Source: Candidatus Marinacidobacterales bacterium (GTDB taxonomy: Bacteria; Acidobacteriota; Vicinamibacteria; Marinacidobacterales; DATDRI01). From it: a stretch of DNA of 64,000 bases. The stretch lies in contig OZ244742.1 in assembly GCA_965219415.1 (NCBI GenBank), positions 1 through 64,000 of the forward strand. The letters run 5' to 3'. The stretch's first letter is position 1. Each line of letters starts with the position of its first letter. A program made the position numbers and the translations under genes. The notes below the pieces were generated by a model. It worked only from the letters and a program-made list of their open reading frames with translations, had not been told where the DNA came from and made no database searches. Below, one piece after another: positions 61,283 through 64,000 of this stretch.

Positions 61283-62683
61283 ATGAGAACCTTTCTTCTA
61301 GGATTCACCATCCTCCTGACCGCGCTTGCCGTGACCGGCCCGATACAAGAAGCCCAGGAAGCGCAAGGGTCGGGACAAACTGGCGAAGTCGGACAAATTG
61401 AACAGGCCGCCAACGATTCGGACTGGTATCTTCGCGTTGCCCGCCCGGGTCGGCCGGTCTACATGGCGCTTCCCACTTTCGATCTTCGTGGACGCGACGC
61501 GCAACCAGCGGCAGACACGCTTTCGGATGTCGTATGGAAGGATTTGGAGTACGCGTCCCTCTACCGACTGGTACCCAAACGTCTCTACTCCATCGTCGCC
61601 GGCAACGTCACACCGGGAACCGTCGACTACTATCAATGGGAATCTATCGGAACCGACATCTTGGTCGTCGGGACCGCCGAGATCCAGCGCGATCGTTTGG
61701 TGTCGGAAGTGCGGGTCTATGCAGTTCAGGCGCAACAACTGGTCTTCGGCAAGCGATACGAAGGCCCGGCATCCGCGGCGCGCACGATGGCCCATCGGAT
61801 CTCCGATGACATTCTGCTGCAGGCGGGCAACTACCATGGCGTGGGACGAACCAAGATCGCCTTCTCGAGCGACCGCCGCGGCGAGAACAGTAAAGAAATT
61901 TATGTGATGGATTATGACGGGCAGAATCAGCGGCCGCTGACCGCGAACCGCTCGCTGAACATCACTCCTACTTGGTCTCCCGACGGACAGGCCTTGGGTT
62001 ACATCTCCTATCGACGAAGGAGTCCCGATCTCTTTCTCGCCTTCATCTATCAGGGGCGTGGAGAGGCTCTGGTGAACGGGCCAGGAATGACGTTTACTCC
62101 CTCTTGGTCACCGGATGGCCAGAGGATCGCTTTCACTTCGACTCGCGACGGCAATTCGGAAATATATGTCATCAATATCGACGGTTCGGGACTGAGGAGG
62201 GTGACGGAGCATCCATCGATCGACACGTCGCCCTGTTGGTCTCCCAACGGTCGGGAGATCGCGTTCACCTCGGATCGTTCCGGAGCACCGCAGATCTACG
62301 TTATGGGCGCCGATGGTCTCAACCTCAGGCGCATCTCCTACGAAGGTTCTTACAATGACTCGTCGACCTGGTCTCCCTCCCGTCAATTCAGCGAGATTGC
62401 ATACTCATCGAGGATCGAACGGGGCCCGTTCGATATTGTCGTCTACAATTTCGAGACCAAACAGGTTCGCCAGCTGACGACCGGTAGAGGAAGCAACGAA
62501 AGTCCTACCTGGTCTCCGAACGGTCTGCACCTCACGTTTACTTCCACGCGTTCCGGGAGCGCACAGGTCCACACCATGAACCGGGACGGCTCGAACCAGC
62601 GACGGCTGACTTCGGTCGGCAACAATACGACTCCCAAGTGGGGGCCGGCCCCGGTCGCCGCCGAGTCCCAAAGTGAAGAATAA
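61283..62683 (+). CDS. tolB: Tol-Pal beta-propeller TolB
   Basis: AHRISD, TKIAF and multiple P.WSPDG PD40 repeats. Confidence 0.92.
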   Translation: MRTFLLGFTILLTALAVTGPIQEAQEAQGSGQTGEVGQIEQAANDSDWYLRVARPGRPVYMALPTFDLRGRDAQPAADTLSDVVWKDLEYASLYRLVPKRLYSIVAGNVTPGTVDYYQWESIGTDILVVGTAEIQRDRLVSEVRVYAVQAQQLVFGKRYEGPASAARTMAHRISDDILLQAGNYHGVGRTKIAFSSDRRGENSKEIYVMDYDGQNQRPLTANRSLNITPTWSPDGQALGYISYRRRSPDLFLAFIYQGRGEALVNGPGMTFTPSWSPDGQRIAFTSTRDGNSEIYVINIDGSGLRRVTEHPSIDTSPCWSPNGREIAFTSDRSGAPQIYVMGADGLNLRRISYEGSYNDSSTWSPSRQFSEIAYSSRIERGPFDIVVYNFETKQVRQLTTGRGSNESPTWSPNGLHLTFTSTRSGSAQVHTMNRDGSNQRRLTSVGNNTTPKWGPAPVAAESQSEE

Positions 62684-62698
62684 GAACATGACAAATCA

Positions 62699-63439
62699 AT
62701 GTTTGACCGAAACACCGCCCAGAGGTATATCGACAGAGAGGAGGGAGCGCTTGTGATGCCTGCTAAACCTGCTAAACCTGCTGAGCCTGCTGCCAATGTT
62801 GGTGTCCTCGTTCGAGTAGCCGAAAGCGCGCCCGGAGGCCGCCGATTCGCCCGATTTTGTCGGCCGATACTATTGGGGTCATGGGGGATCGCTCTTGCCG
62901 CAATACTCATCGTCACCAGCGTGGCGTGCGGTGGCAAGAACACCAGGCCGCCGGCAACTCAGTATCCCTCGACTCCGCAAGACGAAGCGCCACCGCCCGA
63001 ACGTGAGCCGCCACCCGAGCCGGAACGAACGGAGCCGGACTTGACTCGCCTCGATGCAGGCGACGACATCCGCTCGATGAGTCTCGAAGACATCAATGCG
63101 CAGGCGCCGCTGGTGGACATAGAGTTCGGTTACGACAGCGCTCACTTGTCGAACGACGCTCGTTCCCGATTGGACGTCAACGCGAAATGGTTGCTGGATC
63201 ATTCGAGTGTCACGATCTTGGTCGAAGGGCATTGCGATGAGAGAGGAACGGTGGAGTACAACCTCGCGCTCGGTGAACGGCGCGCGATGGCGACGCATAA
63301 TTTCCTCTTGAATCTCGGAGTCTCTGCCGGGCGCATGAAGACCATCAGCTATGGGAAGGAGTTTCCGGTCAGCCCCGGGCACAACGAATCAGCATGGGGC
63401 AAGAATCGGCGCGCTCATTTCGTGATTACATCCAAGTGA
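62699..63439 (+). CDS. pal: Peptidoglycan-associated lipoprotein Pal (true start probably later)
   Basis: Lipobox SVAC; F.YD, EGHCDERGTVEYNLALGERRA, SYGKE and NRRA motifs. Confidence 0.92.
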   Translation: MFDRNTAQRYIDREEGALVMPAKPAKPAEPAANVGVLVRVAESAPGGRRFARFCRPILLGSWGIALAAILIVTSVACGGKNTRPPATQYPSTPQDEAPPPEREPPPEPERTEPDLTRLDAGDDIRSMSLEDINAQAPLVDIEFGYDSAHLSNDARSRLDVNAKWLLDHSSVTILVEGHCDERGTVEYNLALGERRAMATHNFLLNLGVSAGRMKTISYGKEFPVSPGHNESAWGKNRRAHFVITSK

Positions 63440-63452
63440 AAGGCTAGGAACT

Positions 63453-64000
63453 GTGAACGGCTATCGAGTAGCGTCTCTCCTTTTGGTCGCCACACTGACC
63501 GCGCCGGTCGCAGTGTTCGCCGATAAGGACCACGATCGGATCTTGGCTGAGTTGCGACAGCTTCAAATCCAGCTCAGCGTAATGCAGACCAACCAAGGGC
63601 GGTTGGAGCAAGCGCTCGACAGAATGTCGAAACTTCTCATCGAGCAGGACTCGTCCATCCGCCGCACTCTAGTGGATACCGGAACGACGTTGGACTCGGT
63701 CCAAGAGAATCTGCTCGTTCTCTCGGCGCGACTCGACGAGACCAACGGTCGATTGGGTAATCTGCGCCGCGAGGTCGCCTCTCTCCGGCCCGCGCAACCG
63801 ATCGTGATACCTGACAGGCCGGAGGACGGAGCCCCAACCTCGTCAGGAAGCGGTTCACCGGCCGCCCGAGGTGCCCGGCCTCCCACTGCGATGCCTCTTC
63901 CTGGCGCATCTGGCGGCTCGGCGGATCTCTACCAGCAGGCGTATACCGACTACACACAAGGGCGTTATCCCCTTGCGGTGTCGGGTTTCAAGGAGCTCAT
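63453..64000 (+). CDS. cpoB: Tol-Pal TPR protein CpoB/YbgF (partial, runs off the window)
   Basis: Signal peptide, coiled coil, linker, then LYQQAYTDY..GRY.LA..GF; lies downstream of pal. Confidence 0.82.
   Translation, partial: MNGYRVASLLLVATLTAPVAVFADKDHDRILAELRQLQIQLSVMQTNQGRLEQALDRMSKLLIEQDSSIRRTLVDTGTTLDSVQENLLVLSARLDETNGRLGNLRREVASLRPAQPIVIPDRPEDGAPTSSGSGSPAARGARPPTAMPLPGASGGSADLYQQAYTDYTQGRYPLAVSGFKEL

Noticed and set aside
62759-62794. 9-nt tandem repeat CCTGCTAAA (PAKPAKPAEPAA) at the pal 5' end
   Set aside because: A short, in-frame, low-complexity repeat with no evidence of phase variation.
1-64000. CRISPR array or cas genes
   Set aside because: No regularly spaced direct repeats with unique spacers and no Cas-like ORFs were seen.

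Overview
Bacterial chromosome segment, GC-rich. The gene repertoire (DUF1552 shard, PD40-type Ser/Thr kinase shards, PEGA, DUF222/HNH, tol-pal) suggests Acidobacteriota; this is inference only. The left ~40 kb is a heavily rearranged accessory zone. It holds nested IS256/IS21/IS3/ISL3/ISNCY elements, a peptide ABC importer operon with a dipeptidase and an amidohydrolase, two more amidohydrolases, a molybdopterin oxidoreductase pair, toxin-antitoxin shards and a decayed FHA-GAF-His kinase / TPR-ATPase / ATPase-Ser/Thr kinase / FadL module. A canonical 28-bp XerCD dif site at 33513-33540 survives between two IS remnants, so this is probably the replication terminus. From 40 to 52 kb there are mostly small, intact genes plus further shards and att-site scars at a tRNA-Asn. 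From 52 to 64 kb lies a largely intact core block (parAB, DUF151, miaB, recN, tolQRAB-pal-cpoB). Highlights missed by the ORF track: two UGA-recoded selenoprotein genes with SECIS-like hairpins (an OsmC-like protein, and a signal-peptide-bearing UxxC peroxiredoxin-like protein coupled to a stand-alone DsbD-N domain); a dispersed ~45-bp palindromic repeat whose core also lies inside the HNH endonuclease gene; a candidate structured RNA; and a tRNA-Asn with a tRNA-Gln-like body. Many single-base frameshifts could be real decay or long-read consensus errors.
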